A stretch of DNA of 64,000 nt from Squalus acanthias (taxonomy: Eukaryota): assembly GCA_030390025.1 (NCBI GenBank), contig CM059433.1, positions 98,642,001 to 98,706,000 on the forward strand. The letters run 5' to 3'. A program made the position numbers and the translations under genes. This document shows, one piece after another, positions 26,470 to 40,025 of the stretch. The notes under the pieces were generated by a model that was given only the letters and a program-made list of their open reading frames with translations, was not told where the DNA came from and ran no database searches. Numbering within the stretch: the stretch's first letter is position 1; every line of letters begins with the position of its first letter.

Positions 26470-27600
26470 AACAGCACCTTGCATTTATATAGCGCCTTTA
26501 AAGTAGTAAAATACCCCAAGGTGCTTCACAGGAGTGTTATTAAACAAAATTTGAGACCGATCCACATGAGATATTGGGACAGGTGACCAAAAGCTTGGTC
26601 GAAGAGGTAGAAGGTAGAGAGGCAGAAAGGTTTAGGGAGGGAATTCCAGACCGTAAAGCCAATGGTGGAGTGCTGAAAATCAGACTTGTGCAAGAGGCCA
26701 GAATTGGAGTGCAGAGATCTGAGGGCTGTAGGGCTGGAGGAGCTTTGAGATGGGGAGAGTCAAGGCCATGGAGGGATTTGAAAACAAGGATGTGAATTTT
26801 AAAATCAAGGTGTTGCCGGACCGGGAGTCAATAAGTCAGAGAGCACAGAGGTTTCTAAACTATGGTGTTTGTAAAGATCTTCATGACTGGCATTAGCTTT
26901 ATGGGTATTAATATTTTTAATCAATTTGTAATACTTAATTTCTTTCTTAAAACGTGATCTCACAATGTCAACATTATAGTGTCCCTTTTAGTTAAATGGT
27001 CTCTGACTAAATAACACAGCTCCTCCCTACACCAGAGTGTAATTTGAAAGAGAATATGCATTTACTTATTTTCAGCTTCTACATTTAACATTATAGCTGT
27101 TTACCAGGCATGGACATTAAACCGAGGCTCCGTCTGCTCTCTCAGTTGGACGTAAAAGATCCCATGGCACTATCTTGAAGAGCAGAGGAGTTATTGGAGG
27201 AGCACAGAGATTTGAAAACCAGGATGAGAAATTTAAAATCTCAACATTGCCAGACTGGGGGCCAATGTAGGTCAGCAAGCACAGGGGTGATGGATGAATG
27301 GGACTTGGTGCAAATTAGGTTATGGACAGCAGAGTTTTGGATGAGCTCAAATTCACAAGATGTTGCGGAGGTGGATGTCGGCGGTCTAGGTGATGGAGAT
27401 GGGGTCGGAAGCTCAATTCAGGGTCAAATAGGACACCAGGGTTGCGAACGGTCTGGTTCAGCTTCAGACAATAGCCAGGAAGAGGGATAGAGTCGGAGGC
27501 TAGGTAACAGAGTTTGTGGAGGGGACCGAAAACAATGGCTTCGGTCTTCCCAATATTTATTTGAAGCAAATTTCTGGATGTCGGGCAAACAGCATGATAA
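26470..27600 (-). mobile_element. L2 3' fragments (26470-26850 and 27196-27600) with a short Deu-SINE piece at about 27115-27195
   Basis: gcatttatatagcgccttt tail; LQINIGKTEAIVFG...VRNPGVLFDPELSF. Confidence 0.75.
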
Positions 27601-27814
27601 ATCAGAAGCAGTGAGGCAGACAGTTTAGCAGAGACCAGACGAGAGCAAAGGTCGTCAAGACAGTTCGCATAGGAAGATGGTGTTGGAAGGAGATCATGTG
27701 TGCTGCATCAGACACAATTTCACTTTGCCCTGTAATGAGTTTTGGATTGTGGCTGGGCAATTAGGGGAAGGCCCCTGATAAGGGGTGTTGCTCCTTACAG
27801 CAGTCAGAATATAT

Positions 27815-28113
27815 AGGGGGCATAGTTTCAGAATAAGAGGTCGCCCATTTAAAACGGAGATGAGGAGGAATTTCCTCTGAGGGTCGTGAATCTCTGGAAT
27901 TCTCTACCCCAGAGAGCTGTGGAGGCTGGGTCATTGAATATATTTAAGGTGGAGAGAGACAGATTTTTGAACGATAAGAGAGTCGAGGGTTATGGGGAGC
28001 GGGCAGGGAAGTGGAGTTGAGGCCAAGATCAGATCAGTCATGATCTTATTGAATGGCGGAGCAGGCTCGAGGGGCCAAATGGCCTACTCCTGCTTCTATT
28101 TCTTATGTTCTTA
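27815..28113 (+). mobile_element. CR1 3' end fragment
   Basis: GHSFRIRGRPFKTEMRRNF..RVVNLWNSLP followed by the tail. Confidence 0.9.
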
Positions 28114-28945
28114 TATGGTGCTCAGCAGTTTTTGCTATATCCTTAACCCTCCCTGAGCTAACCTTTCACACCTTGGCCTTTTTCAGAAAACAATATCCTA
28201 AAATCTGGTCTAACTGACAAATGTAGCCCTGTGTCTTTTGATTAAATTTACTCCATGAAAGCAGATACAATACTAATACCATAAAGCACTCAGTCGCGTG
28301 ATGACATGCTGCATCAGTCACAATTTCACTTTGCCCTGTAATGAGTTTTGGATTGTGGTTAGGCAATTAGGGGAAGGCCCCAAAATGCAGCAATGTATTT
28401 CCCACGTAGGAAAGACAATCCAAGCCAGCCCGCACTGGTCTGGTGTGGTATGCTGTAGAGGTGCAAGGACCTTTACCTTGAGCCACCAATACTGAGCAGC
28501 ACAGAAGTGGGAGAATAGATTTTCCCGGTTCAATCAGTTTGTGCTCTGAGCTGTGCCAAATGGAGAGCCAGCTTTTTGCGGGGGGGGGGGAATCATTCCT
28601 AAGTGGTCCTTATGCCCCCAAACAAACACATAAGAGGCATGGCATTGGGGGGGGGGGGGGGAGGGGGGGGGTGGGGGGGGGTGGGGTGTGTTGGGTGAAG
28701 GTCTGGGAAAATGCTACTTACCCTCCTGACAGGGCAGAGGGCTGACTCCATGGACACTGAAGAAATACCGAGGATAACTTGCATGAAGAAAATTATATAA
28801 AAACACCACTATGTGCATCATTAGGTTAGTGCTTCTTTTTGGTCTCCCTTGGTTATCTGGGAACTTTTACCTGGATTTACTGCAAATTTCTCTACCCTCT
28901 GCAATTATTAGCACACTCTGAGACCTCCCCCCCCCCCCCCCCCCC

Positions 28946-29710
28946 CAGCAACTATTAACCCACTCTCTGGGACCCCCAGCAACTATTAACCCACTCTTGG
29001 GGACCCGCAGCAACTATTAACCCACTCTTGGGGACCCGCAGCAACTATTAACCCACTCTCTGGGACCCCCAGCAACTATTAACCCACTCTTGGGGACCCG
29101 CAGCAACTATTAACCCACTCTCGGGGACCCGCAGCAACTATTAACCCACTCTCGGAGACCCCCAGCAACTATTAACCCACTCTTGGGGACCCGCAGCAAC
29201 TATTAACCCACTCTCTAGGACCCCCAGCAACTATTAACCCACTGTCGGGGACCCCCAGCAACTATTAACCCACTCTCGGGGACCCGCAGCAACTATTAAC
29301 CCACTCTCGGGGACCCGCAGCAACTATTAACCCACTCTCGGGGACCCGCAGCAATTATTAACCCACTCTCGGGGACCCCCAGCAACTGTTAACCCACTCT
29401 CGGGGACCCGCAGCAACTATTAACCCACTCTCGGGGACCCGCAGCAACTATTAACCCACTCTCGGAGACCCCAGCAACTATTAACACACTCTTGGGGACC
29501 CCCAGCAACTATTAACCCACTCTCTAGGACCCCCAGCAACTATTAACCCACTCTCGGAGACCCCAGCAACTATTAACCCACTCTCGGAGACCCCAGCAAC
29601 TATTAACCCACTGTCGGGGACCCCCAGCAACTATTAATCCACTCTCTAGGACCCCCAGCAACTATTAACCCACTCTCGGAGACCCGCAGCAATTATTAAC
29701 CCACTCTCGA
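28946..29710. repeat. Minisatellite, unit about 31 bp (CAGCAACTATTAACCCACTCTCGGGGACCC[C/G]), about 24-25 copies
   Basis: Direct tandem array with variant units; preceded by a poly-C run and a degenerate unit at about 28901-28926. Confidence 0.97.
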
Positions 29711-30746
29711 GAAAGTAAGCCAATATAAAGAGAAAATTCCCTGTTAAAACAATAATACCTTCTAATTCATTGAGTCACGCTTTTTTAAAAAAAAAGTCAG
29801 CCTAACTTCTAATTGACCTGATGATCTGTCGAAGAACAATTAACGTCTAATTACTTAAGAAGGCACTACAAGTTGTATCTAGTGGCATTAAAGGGACATG
29901 CCATATTGCACATAGTTGTACTTTAGGAGGCAATCAATACAAAGTGTGTTATACGGTATAATGCTCCTCTACCTTACAACTGCATATATATCCTCTGATC
30001 TACTGTGAGCAATGACATAGAATCATAGAATGGTTAGAGCACAGAAGGAGGCCATTCAGCCCATTGTGCCATGGGACATCTTCTAGTAGAAAGAAATCTT
30101 TGAGGTATTAAAAAGAAATTGAAAAATCTCAACAAACTAAATAGAATATTTCCTAAGAAATTATGACAAACACTGAATCATTTTCAGAAATAAAGGGCTC
30201 TCAGAAATGTTTTTAAAAAGTTAAACTCTAACAACCAGATAGCTACATTTATTTTTCCTTCGAAGGCACTTGTAAAATCCACAACTGCGGGGGATCCCTG
30301 GTGCACAGCCTGTCGGTTAATGCTGGTGTATTGTGAAACAAAGACACACACCCACACAGATTTTACACCTAGCCAGGGTGTGATTCACACTGAGTACAGC
30401 TGACTGTCAATCAGCCTCTTAATCTCCCACTTTCTCTCCTTATCGCCTCACTTTGCTTGGGCGTGTTTCACATGGACTGCATGCACATCACTTTGACCTG
30501 AATCTGTGAGGCAATGATGTTGCCGCAGCTGTGTCAGCGGGTTGCAACGCAGTGCTTCGGGTACAGAAGGAGAGGGCATTTAGAAGACTTCGGATCAGCA
30601 ATAGCTCTCTGAACTAATGAGCACAGTATTTCAGTGCAAGTTTGATGTGCCCTCACCTCCTACTAACAAATTTGTGTTTTATATTAAAAATGGCAGATGG
30701 GTCACTATGTTCTATTAATATGCTTCGCTGATTTGTATTCCTTCAC

Positions 30747-30830
30747 TTTACCTGATGAAGGAGCAGCGCTCCGAAAGCTCGTGATTTCAAATAAAACTGT
30801 TGGACTATAACCTGGTGTTGTGCGACTTCT
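30747..30830 (+). mobile_element. Penelope pLTR fragment (second family) with a minimal type I hammerhead core
   Basis: tac-CTGATGA-aGGAGCagcGCTCC-GAAA-GCTC-gtg; homologous minus-strand copy at 56516-56604. Confidence 0.75.
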
Positions 30831-31357
30831 ATTTCAACATGCATGAGATTTGTAAGTGCTGTGGATTCCCCATAACCCACTGGCATCCCTTCTTAGCCCT
30901 CACCTCCACAAGAAAATCATTTCCTTAACCCCTCTGGGTGTTGCTGTTCCGATAACCCTTCCCCATATCTAGACCCCTGTTGAGTGTCCTTATGGCCCCG
31001 CAGCCTGTGTCCTCACGGCTGCACCCTTACCAAATCCCTTTGAGGCCATTGGTTACCCATACAGATGGAACCTCAACCCAAGCCCCAACCCGCCCTGTAT
31101 CTGTTTCAGCTCCAAATAGCGATCCCTACTTCCACTGCTGTTCATGCATGAGGCCCTGCCAACAATCCCAAGCTGGCCTCCTTCACCCTCAAACATTTTC
31201 TGTTGCCTTCCTGAACCTGATCTTCAACTGTCTTCTACCCACCTCCTCCCCACCTCCGTCCACTGAGAGTCTTTGGGGCCCTGCCGATTTTGTACCTGAT
31301 TCTCAGCCAGCCATCCTCCCACCAGCAATCGGATCCCTGGAATCCAAACCCCCACCA

Positions 31358-32120
31358 CAACAACAACTTGCATTTAGCGCCTTTAATGTAGTAAGATGTC
31401 CCAAGGCACTTCACAGGAGCGCTTTCAAACAAAATTTGACACCGAGCTACGCAAGGGGATATTAGGGCTGGTCAAAGAGGTAGGCTTTAAGGAGTGTCTT
31501 AAAGGAGAAGAGAGAGGTAGAGAGGCGGACAGATTTAGGGAGGGAATCCCAGAGTTTAGGGCCTTGGCAGCTGAAGACACAGCTACCGAAAGTGAGCGAT
31601 TAAAATCGGGGATGCGCAAGAGTCCAGAATTATTGGAGTTCAGATATCTCGGAGGGTTGTAGGATAGGAGGAGGTTACAGAGGTAGGGAGGGGCGAGGAA
31701 TTTGAAAACAAGGATGAGAAATTTAAAATCGAGGCATTGCTTAACTAGCAGCCAATGTAAGTCAGCGAGCACAGGGGTGATGGGTGAATGGTACTTGGTT
31801 CGAGTTAGGATACAGGCAGCAGAGTTTTGGATGACCTCAGGTTTATGGAGGGTGGAAGATGGGAGGCCGGCCAGGAGAGCATTGGAATAGTCAAGTCTAG
31901 ATATACAAAGGCATAGATGAGGGCTTCAGCAGCAGATGAGCCGAAGCAGGAGCAGAGTCGGGTGATGTTACGGAGGTGGAAATAGGCGGTCTTGGTGATG
32001 CTGCGGATATGTGGTCAGAAGCTCATCTCGGGGTCAAATACGACACCAAAGTTGTGAACAGTCTGGTTTAGCCTCAGACAGTTGCCAGGGAGAGGGATGG
32101 AGTCGGTGACTATGGAATGG
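31358..32120 (-). mobile_element. L2 LINE 3' fragment
   Basis: LADLHWLLVKQCLDFKFLILVFK..APPYL on the minus strand; (CAA)n-cttgcattt tail. Confidence 0.9.
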
Positions 32121-32992
32121 AGTACTCCCTCCTATTTAAAAAAAAAAAATCCTGAGTCAAATAAATAATGAAAAAAATATCCTAGGAAATTAAGATGAAT
32201 ATTGAATCAATTGCAGAAATAAGGAGCTTTTGGAAATTTACTAAAACGGAAAATTCTGGACAATCACTGAAATGGAAAAGTCCAAGGGAAACAATGAACT
32301 AAACATCTAAGTTTGATTCACCTTCCCTGACCCAAACTAATTCTGTGCACGCTAGGATGATCTTGTGGTGATTTTAACACAAAATTGGTACAACAATGCC
32401 CTATGCTATTAGATAACCGTTTTCCTGTACAATCTCTGCACAGCGAATGCTTGATCTCAAAGGGAAATTCAGAGGATGAGGCAACTAGTGCTTTTCATAT
32501 ACATCTCTCAATGCATTTGTAGAGAATCATTTTTAGAGGCCTGAGAGCAGGATATCTATCCAATATCCACTAAAGTACAAGAGGAGAAACTAAAAGACAA
32601 GAGTTTAACAAAGTAATTTAAAATGGAGAAAATTAAAATACAAAAAGTAAGAATTTTATTGACCTTTTTTATGCAGTATGTGATATTGACAAGGTGCTAC
32701 AACCAGATAGAACTATAATAAGGACAGAACTTCTCTTTAGGGCAGAGAAGGCTCAGAGGAGATTTGATAGAGGTATTTGAATACATGAAGGGTTTAGATA
32801 GAGTAAATAAAGAGAAACTGTTTCCAGTGACCGAAGGGTAAGCAAAATCTCAGCCACTGTCTCTGGGAAAGTGTTCCACTCCTGGAAGAAGTTGTATGTG
32901 AAGCTTCACTGCTGGTATTCTGTGCAGAATTTTGGGATTTATGCAAAACGTTGAGCTGAAGCTGCAGTTGTTTTCATGCTCATGCTGGAAAC

Positions 32993-34057
32993 ATGGAATA
33001 AACGGTTTTTTTTCCGAGCGGCAGGCAGTGACTAGTGGGGTTCCGCAGGGATCGGTCCTAGGACCCCAGCTATTCACTATATATATTAATGATCTAGACA
33101 AGGGAACTAGATGTAATATCTCCAAGTTTGCAGATGACACAAAGCTGGGTGGGCGTGTGTGCTGCGAGGAGGATGCTGAGAAACTCCAGTATGATTTGGA
33201 CAGGTTGGGTGATTGGGCAGAAGCATGGCAGATGCAGTATAATGTGGATAAATGCGAGGTTATCCACTTTGGTGGCAAAAACAGAAAGGCAGATTATTAT
33301 CTGAACGGCAATAGATTGGGAGAAGGGGAAGTGCAACGAGACCTGGGCGTCCTTGTGCACCAGTCGCTGAAGGTAAGCATGCAGGTACAGCAGGCGGTTA
33401 AGAAGGCAAATGGTATGTTGGCCTTCGTAGCGAGAGGGTTTGAGTACAGGAGCAAGGATGTCTTGCTGCAGCTGTACAGGGCCTTGGTGAGACCACACCT
33501 TGAGTATTGTGTGCAGTTTTAGTCGCCTTATCTGAGGAAGGATGTTCTTGCCATGGAGGGTGTGCAGCGAAGATTCACCAGACTGATACCTGGGATGGCA
33601 GGAATGACGTACGAGGAGAGATTGGGTCGATTGGGCTTATACTCGCTGGAGTTTAGAAGAATGAGAGGAGATCTCATTGAAACTTATAAAATTCTAACAG
33701 GGCTAGACAGACTGGATGCAGGAAGGATGTTCCCGATGGCGGGTGAGTCCAGAACAAGAGGTCACAGTCTAAAGATAAGGGGTAAGCCATTTAGGACAGA
33801 GATGAGGATGAATTTCTTCACCCAGAGAGTGGTGAACCTGTGGAATTCTCTACTACAGAAGGCAGTTGAGGCCAAGTCAGTAAATATATTCAAGAAGAGT
33901 TAGATATATTTCTTAAGGCTAAAGGTATCAAGGGATATGGGGAGAAGGCAGGGACAGGGTACTGAATTTGGATGATCAGCTATGATCTCATCGAATGGCA
34001 GAGCAGGCTCGAGGGGCCGAATGGCCTACTCCTGCTCCTATCTTCTATGTTTCTATG
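32993..34057 (+). mobile_element. 5'-truncated CR1 LINE
   Basis: [25 protein letters not shown]; TTCTATG tail. Confidence 0.95.
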
Positions 34058-35641
34058 AAATCTGGCTTAATACTACTCCATTTATAATGTTGTAGAGGTC
34101 TGACACATGTCTGATTTTGTAAGGGGTGTATGGAGTAGGTGATCCATAATACTGCACTGGCAACATGGGCTTAGACTGTACCTAGTGCAGGAGCAAGAGA
34201 TAGTTTTGTCTCTGCAGTCTGCTGAACAGGGCACTCATATTCAATTTCTTGGTGGATATAGGAGTCACATAAGTTGAAGCAGCTACCTATATCTAGAATT
34301 ATGTTGAAAATTTTACATCTGCACGCATTCCCCATCTACAAACCTTACGTCTTGTTATTTTGTAGTCGAACTTTTATGTCACCTTTTCCCATTTAGTTCT
34401 CCTATCTTAACTGGCACCTGTCAAGATGCGGTTAGATGCTCTGGCCAATGGAGCAAATTTCAGAACTTTATCCTCGGCTTGTTTTTGTTTCCATGGATTT
34501 TCCTCTCGTATACTCATTTTAAATGTTTGAATGTAATATTTTTCATTTTTCATTTTATATATTAATGTTCTAAATAATCAATATAATAAATAATCTAATA
34601 TTATATAAATGTATTAGATAATATAATCTAATATAAATAAATCTAAATAATGAATATAAATGAATCTTGTATGAATACTTTACATATATACAGTCACTTG
34701 ACAAAATTTAAGTCTGAAAAGTAAATATGTTTAATTTCTTTTGGATGTTTTATTCAGAGCTTTCATCTCATTTAATTTTTCATTTAAAAATCGAACCTAC
34801 GAGCTTTCCCTATAATTTTTGCTGGCTTTCCCCACTACTGCATAAACTAATTAAAAATATTCCCAACCCACTCCAGCCTGCTGCATAATTAATTTAATAA
34901 GTATTATATTTATATCCTTAATATATTTTAGGAAAGCCATTTTATATTTGTTCCCTTTATTTCATTAATAAATCCTCTTGGGCTAAATGTCTGTTCCTTT
35001 TATTTAATTATAACGTTTTTCAGGAACTGCTTTTTATTTCTTCCTTTTGAGAATCCTGTTTGATTAAGTGGCTGCTGCTTTTACTTAAATTATACATTTG
35101 TGCAAATGTATGGATTAAATTGCAAATCCCATCACTATCAAATGGCCACTGCTTTTATTTCATTAATTTTTTTTCACTAAACCGATTCCATTAAATGGCC
35201 ACAGCTTCCATTTAATTCAGAAATTCTGTTAAATGCCTGATGTTTTTATTTAAATACTACATTTTCAGGGGTACAGCTCTCGTCATCTTCTCACAACTTC
35301 CTGTCAGCTAAGGGATAGGAGATCCACTTAAATGGTTTAAGATTTCAAATTCCAAAAGTTCAGCCAGCCAATTGTGGCCGACGACTGGAAAACTGATTAG
35401 TGTTAGGTATTGACCCTAATGCTGTCAAAGAGGTAAATTAATATCATCAGAGACACAGTTACTAAGCCAGTTATTTTAACCATAATACATTAATTCATCA
35501 CTTACACAGTTTGGTTCCATTAGTCCTCCAAGTAAGCTTCTCTGATGATTTTAGCAGCATTTACTGTTCTTCAAAATGCTGCATTTATATAACACTCCTC
35601 ATGTAAAGGAATGTCTCAGAGCTCCTCACAAGGAAAGGGGT

Positions 35642-36369
35642 TGTAAGACGTTCTGATTGTCTGACAGTTTATAGAGTTCAGACCCGTGGAACAGACAACT
35701 CGAGACAAAGATTTCAGGGTAAACTAAACTATTCTTTACTTAAAAATCAGCAAGAGGTTACAAGTAAGTACCAAATACAAACTGTACTAATCCATGTATT
35801 TATTACAAGTAAGCATGCACGGAGTATACAAAAAATACAATTTGCACTCAATTCATTTACTTATTACAAGCAAGCATCTAAAATCATTTACTTTAAGCTC
35901 AGGTGATCATAAGCAACACCACATACGTACTAACACCAGTGAGAGGGCAATTCAACGATGACTAGATGTATGACTTTAACTGGCAACTGACCAGGTCGCC
36001 CACGACTGCGGCCACGAATGTCAGTCTACAACATCCCTTATACCCCAAAACTTGGCAACTCGCCCACAGCATTCGTGTCCCAAACTGTGTGACTAATGTT
36101 GTTTTTCTCTCTCTCTCTCTCTATCTGTTTTGACGTTTAGTTTACCAAGGCCAGACATTCAAGGGTTGGAGAGAGTTGTTGTTTTCACATCTGCAGGTTG
36201 TTGACTCACGGTTCTCACAGAATTTTCAAGATCTTATCTTTTGAAGGAAAAATACCAGCACATCACTTATTTTATAAATGTTTTAGCCAAGCAGTCTCTT
36301 GCCCTCAAAGCTTGTTGGTACATTTGGTCACTTTTAGATTCAGTCAAGTTTACCATGGACAGTATTACA
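35642..36369 (-). repeat. 3' LTR (728 bp)
   Basis: Termini TGTAATAC...GTCTTACA (7/8 inverted repeat); PPT-like GAGGGTGGATAT immediately upstream at 36370-36381. Confidence 0.93.
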
Positions 36370-36415
36370 ATATCCACCCTCAAGCATCTGTTCCTGAATT
36401 TAAGGTCACAGACAC

Positions 36416-38883
36416 TTATATGTTGTGGTCCTCTTTTTTCTGGGTCTTCTGTAACAGCTTGACCAATGCTTGCTGCTTGCGGCGTCTGTTGACTCGACAA
36501 GTTATCATCAATAAGTATAACACAATCACCAACTGAACAACGACTAAAACATGGGAGGTAATTCTTATCCAGGGGTGAACCTCGATATTCATACCGATAT
36601 CCCCCAAGACAAATCATCCCCAATCTTAGATATTTCTCTGCGCAGGTTCCGTTTTTTCTGGGCCAAGGTATAAAAGTGCTTTTGAGACTGACTAACTCGT
36701 TGCATTAACTCGACCAGGTGTTCTGGTAGAGGTGGAATGTTATAGCCGAATCGAGTCACATACTGATGTAATTGCTCTTTTAACTCATCTTCTACAGTGA
36801 TATCTACTTGCCTATGTGAATAAATGCTTAATAAAACCCAAGTTTTACAGGTTGGACTGGGGTAAAGCAAAAAGTTCCCGCCGCAATGGGACAAGTCAGG
36901 TTGTTACCGTACTGGTATTCCCGGTGTATGGTGGTGACACAATACTCACCTTTCCCGCGGTACGCAGATTATACAGGGGAATGCTTTCCTGCAACTACTC
37001 TCATGGTGCAGTTCCATTCTATCCCATCCCAATCAAATCTGCACACAGGTGCTGCGTGTTCTATCACGTCATAAGGGCAGATGAATGCGTCCCGAGCTTG
37101 AGCGCACCCGGTAAGATCTGGAGCCACCCATGTGGTCCCATCTGCCCGGGTCACATACTGCGGGGGTTCGTCATACCTTACTAAGTGGTCTCCTTGACGT
37201 ATTCCTATATTCTCCACGCGGAATAGAGGATTTGGGGTTGCCTTTTCGTGCAGGATGGGATAATACAATACCATCCCTAACAAGGTGATGTTGATCTGTT
37301 CCTGCAAATAGCATTCATGTTTCACCGGGTGCACCTGTGCCAACCCCCTGACTTGGCACATAGTTATGGTAAATTGATAAGTGGACATTGCCCTCAGGTG
37401 TCGATCAGTCACCTACAAGGGAAGCTTCCCCTCAGCAATGCGCTGCAGGTTTTCACGGGCTTGTTCCACTAACCAGGATCCATACATTACACAAACATCA
37501 TTTTGCGTGGCCTCACTAGAGGCATTCCAGTCCTCCTTTAAAATTTGGTTTATCTTATTAGCAGGCGATTCTAAATAGTTAACCACGTCCTGCAGATGAA
37601 TGGTCGTAATTTGGTCCTCCTTCAATTCCTCTTGTTCCAGACCATTCATTTTATTCAGAATTTCCCTTAGACAATTTCTAACTGCCTTTACGGATTGATC
37701 CAAATCAGCCAAATCAAGGCTATTAACAAGGGAGGTTCCGGTATTAAAAACAGTGGCTGCATCATTTATCAGACCCCGTCGCCTTCTGATATGGTCCCCT
37801 TTAACCCCGTAACCGACGTTGTTTCCTTCAGTGATCTCAGTATTTTCCCCAAAGTTATTGTTAAATCCATTATCATCTCCTGAGCCCTTGCGATATAATG
37901 GCTCTAATTCCGATTCCCCCAAAGTTGTGCTGGCTCTTTCCCAAAATCCATCTATTAATTCCCGCACCATTCTCCCATATAACTGCGCTGTTTCTGGTTT
38001 GCACCAGTTTGGCAGTCCCACCTCGGTCAGATTTAATATCACCGGTACCACTTCATGATGCACATCATGGTAGAATATCATCCAAGTTGGGATTACCACT
38101 AACCCATTTGTCGGCCCCGGAGTGTGTTTGGGACAGACAACCCGGGTTTCCTGTTGATCTTCCTGCGGTTGTGTTTTATTCGTGGGGGGGGGAAGTTTAG
38201 TACAGACTTTCAATTCCACCATGTGTATTATTCCGTTTTCACATTCCTGCACATGATAATGTCTGCAACCCTTCGAACCCCTACACGGCCTTCCCTCCCT
38301 GCCCACGGACCATTGGTAGGGACTGTCATCTATTCCATACACTTGGATAATTTCCCGCCTATCCAGTGGACGGGAGCTCCACAAAGCGGCTCTGTGGGTA
38401 CAGAACTATGGTTTGATAGCGTCCCCGAAGGGTTTATGCATCCGTAGATTCCCTCACGCTCCTGCCACCACCGTGGCCAACATAACAGAGTGTCTCCCGC
38501 TGCTTGGGATTGGGTCGGGCTTCCTACATTCCCCCGAGGGTTCCCTATCTGATAATGCCTTGAATAGTCACCTGGTTCTGCTTGTAAAAACCACACCCTT
38601 GGCCCGGTGGGGTGATCTTTGCATTTTATGCATACCCTCCCTACCTTCCTGAACCTCATGAGTGGTAACCCATACTGTCCCTGAACACGCGGTTTCGCAA
38701 TCACCCTTGATGTACTGGAGGGTAATGTTTCGAGTGGCGTCGCCGGGGTGGTGTCTCCGGGGCAACTGTAATCGAACTATTATCGGGAAAATAGTTAGTG
38801 TTGTTCCAGTATGCCGAATAGGCTAACATGGAAACTTCGAGATAGAGCAGAATCCCGATCATTGGCCAGAATAATTCCTTCAT
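36416..38883 (-). pseudogene. env-like class I fusion glycoprotein with stops and frameshifts
   Basis: Signal peptide MKELFWPMIGILLYLEVSMLAYSA; N-glycan sequons; furin site RRRR (37776-37787) followed by fusion peptide GLINDAATVFNTG; heptad region; Cys-rich domain; TM VLVVVQLVIVLYLLMIT and a basic tail. Confidence 0.85.
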
Positions 38884-39169
38884 TTTATACAGTTCAGGCT
38901 CTCAATACTGTTGTATTTTTTAAAAACAAAACAAAACAGAACTTCCTACTTTTCTTTTTCTGTCTCGGGCAATTTTCTCACCCCTACCACTGACGATACT
39001 TCAAGAGTGCCTTTTTATTTCTTTTACTACATCGTGGGGTAGGAGGGGTCTGTTGGACTCGTCTGTGGACAGGAGGTGGTTCCGGACCTGGGGTGAGGAG
39101 GTTTCTACAGCTCCCATGTCCTGTCCACCTTCATTTGGATCATACTGTACCTGTGGAGGCACCACTTCA

Positions 39170-40025
39170 GGCAAGGGCCTCTTTGGGTGGGAGTGTCCCA
39201 TTAGGCACCCCTTCATCATCCCATTGGAGCGGATGATTCAGTCTCACCATGCTCATGATCGTGGCTTGTTGTCTTCTTGACCTGCTTGTGGGCTGAAAAA
39301 GCATCATCTGGTTAATGTGAAACCATTTGATTTTCTTCGGTAACTGAACTGTGTATACCATGGGACAAGCTTTGTCAACAATGTTATACGGCCCCTTGTA
39401 GAGGGGTTCGAAAACTCCCAGCCTCGCATAGTTTCATACCATTACCTGGCTCTCTACTTCCCACTCCTGGGGTTTACTCAGAGTCAGGTGTAGTCGATTA
39501 CGTTGGTGTGCCTTCCCAATGTTGTGGGCGGCCCTCAAGTTTAGTTCTTTCAAAGTTCCCCACTGGTCGCTCAGGAATTTGTCCCGAGTGACTTCTTTCA
39601 TTTGTTTATCAGTCAGATTGGGGACCAACAGATGTGTGGGGGTTTGCATGGGTCTCCCCGTTACCAATTCATGAGGGGAGTGACCTTTGGATTTGTTACT
39701 ATGTATTCCCATAAGGATTAGGGGAAGTACCTCATCCCACTTAGTGTGTTGTTCGTTTAATTCCTTTCGCAGGGCCAACTTCAATGCATGGTTTATTCTT
39801 TCCACAATTCCCGATGACTGTGGGTTGTGGGTCACATGTCATTTCCCTTCAATTCCAAGCAATTTCACAGTGGCTTGCATTACCTGACCTGTAAAATGAC
39901 TTCCCTGGCCTGACTCTACCACATCTGCAGAACACCTCTCTAACTAGGGTCTTGGCCATCCATGAGGCTGTGGCCGACTTGCACGGGAAGACTTCTACCC
40001 ACCTGGTAATCTTGCACCATCAACA
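39170..40025 (-). pseudogene. Integrase core and C-terminal GPY/F module, N-terminally deleted
   Basis: TRWVEVFP, VESGQGSHF (catalytic D changed to G), HNPQSSGIVERINHALK, WDEVLPLILMG, SPHELVTGR, FEPLYKGPY, WFHINQ. Confidence 0.9.

Noticed and set aside
28946-29710. CRISPR-like array of ~31-bp repeats
   Set aside because: The units are head-to-tail with no unique spacers, the context is eukaryotic and there are no cas genes; it is a minisatellite.
34540-35260. Very AT-rich tract
   Set aside because: Low complexity with no consistent period or motif.
36416-38883. Domesticated (syncytin-like) env gene
   Set aside because: It has in-frame stops (for example 37413 and 36969) and frameshifts, and still sits within a young two-LTR provirus.
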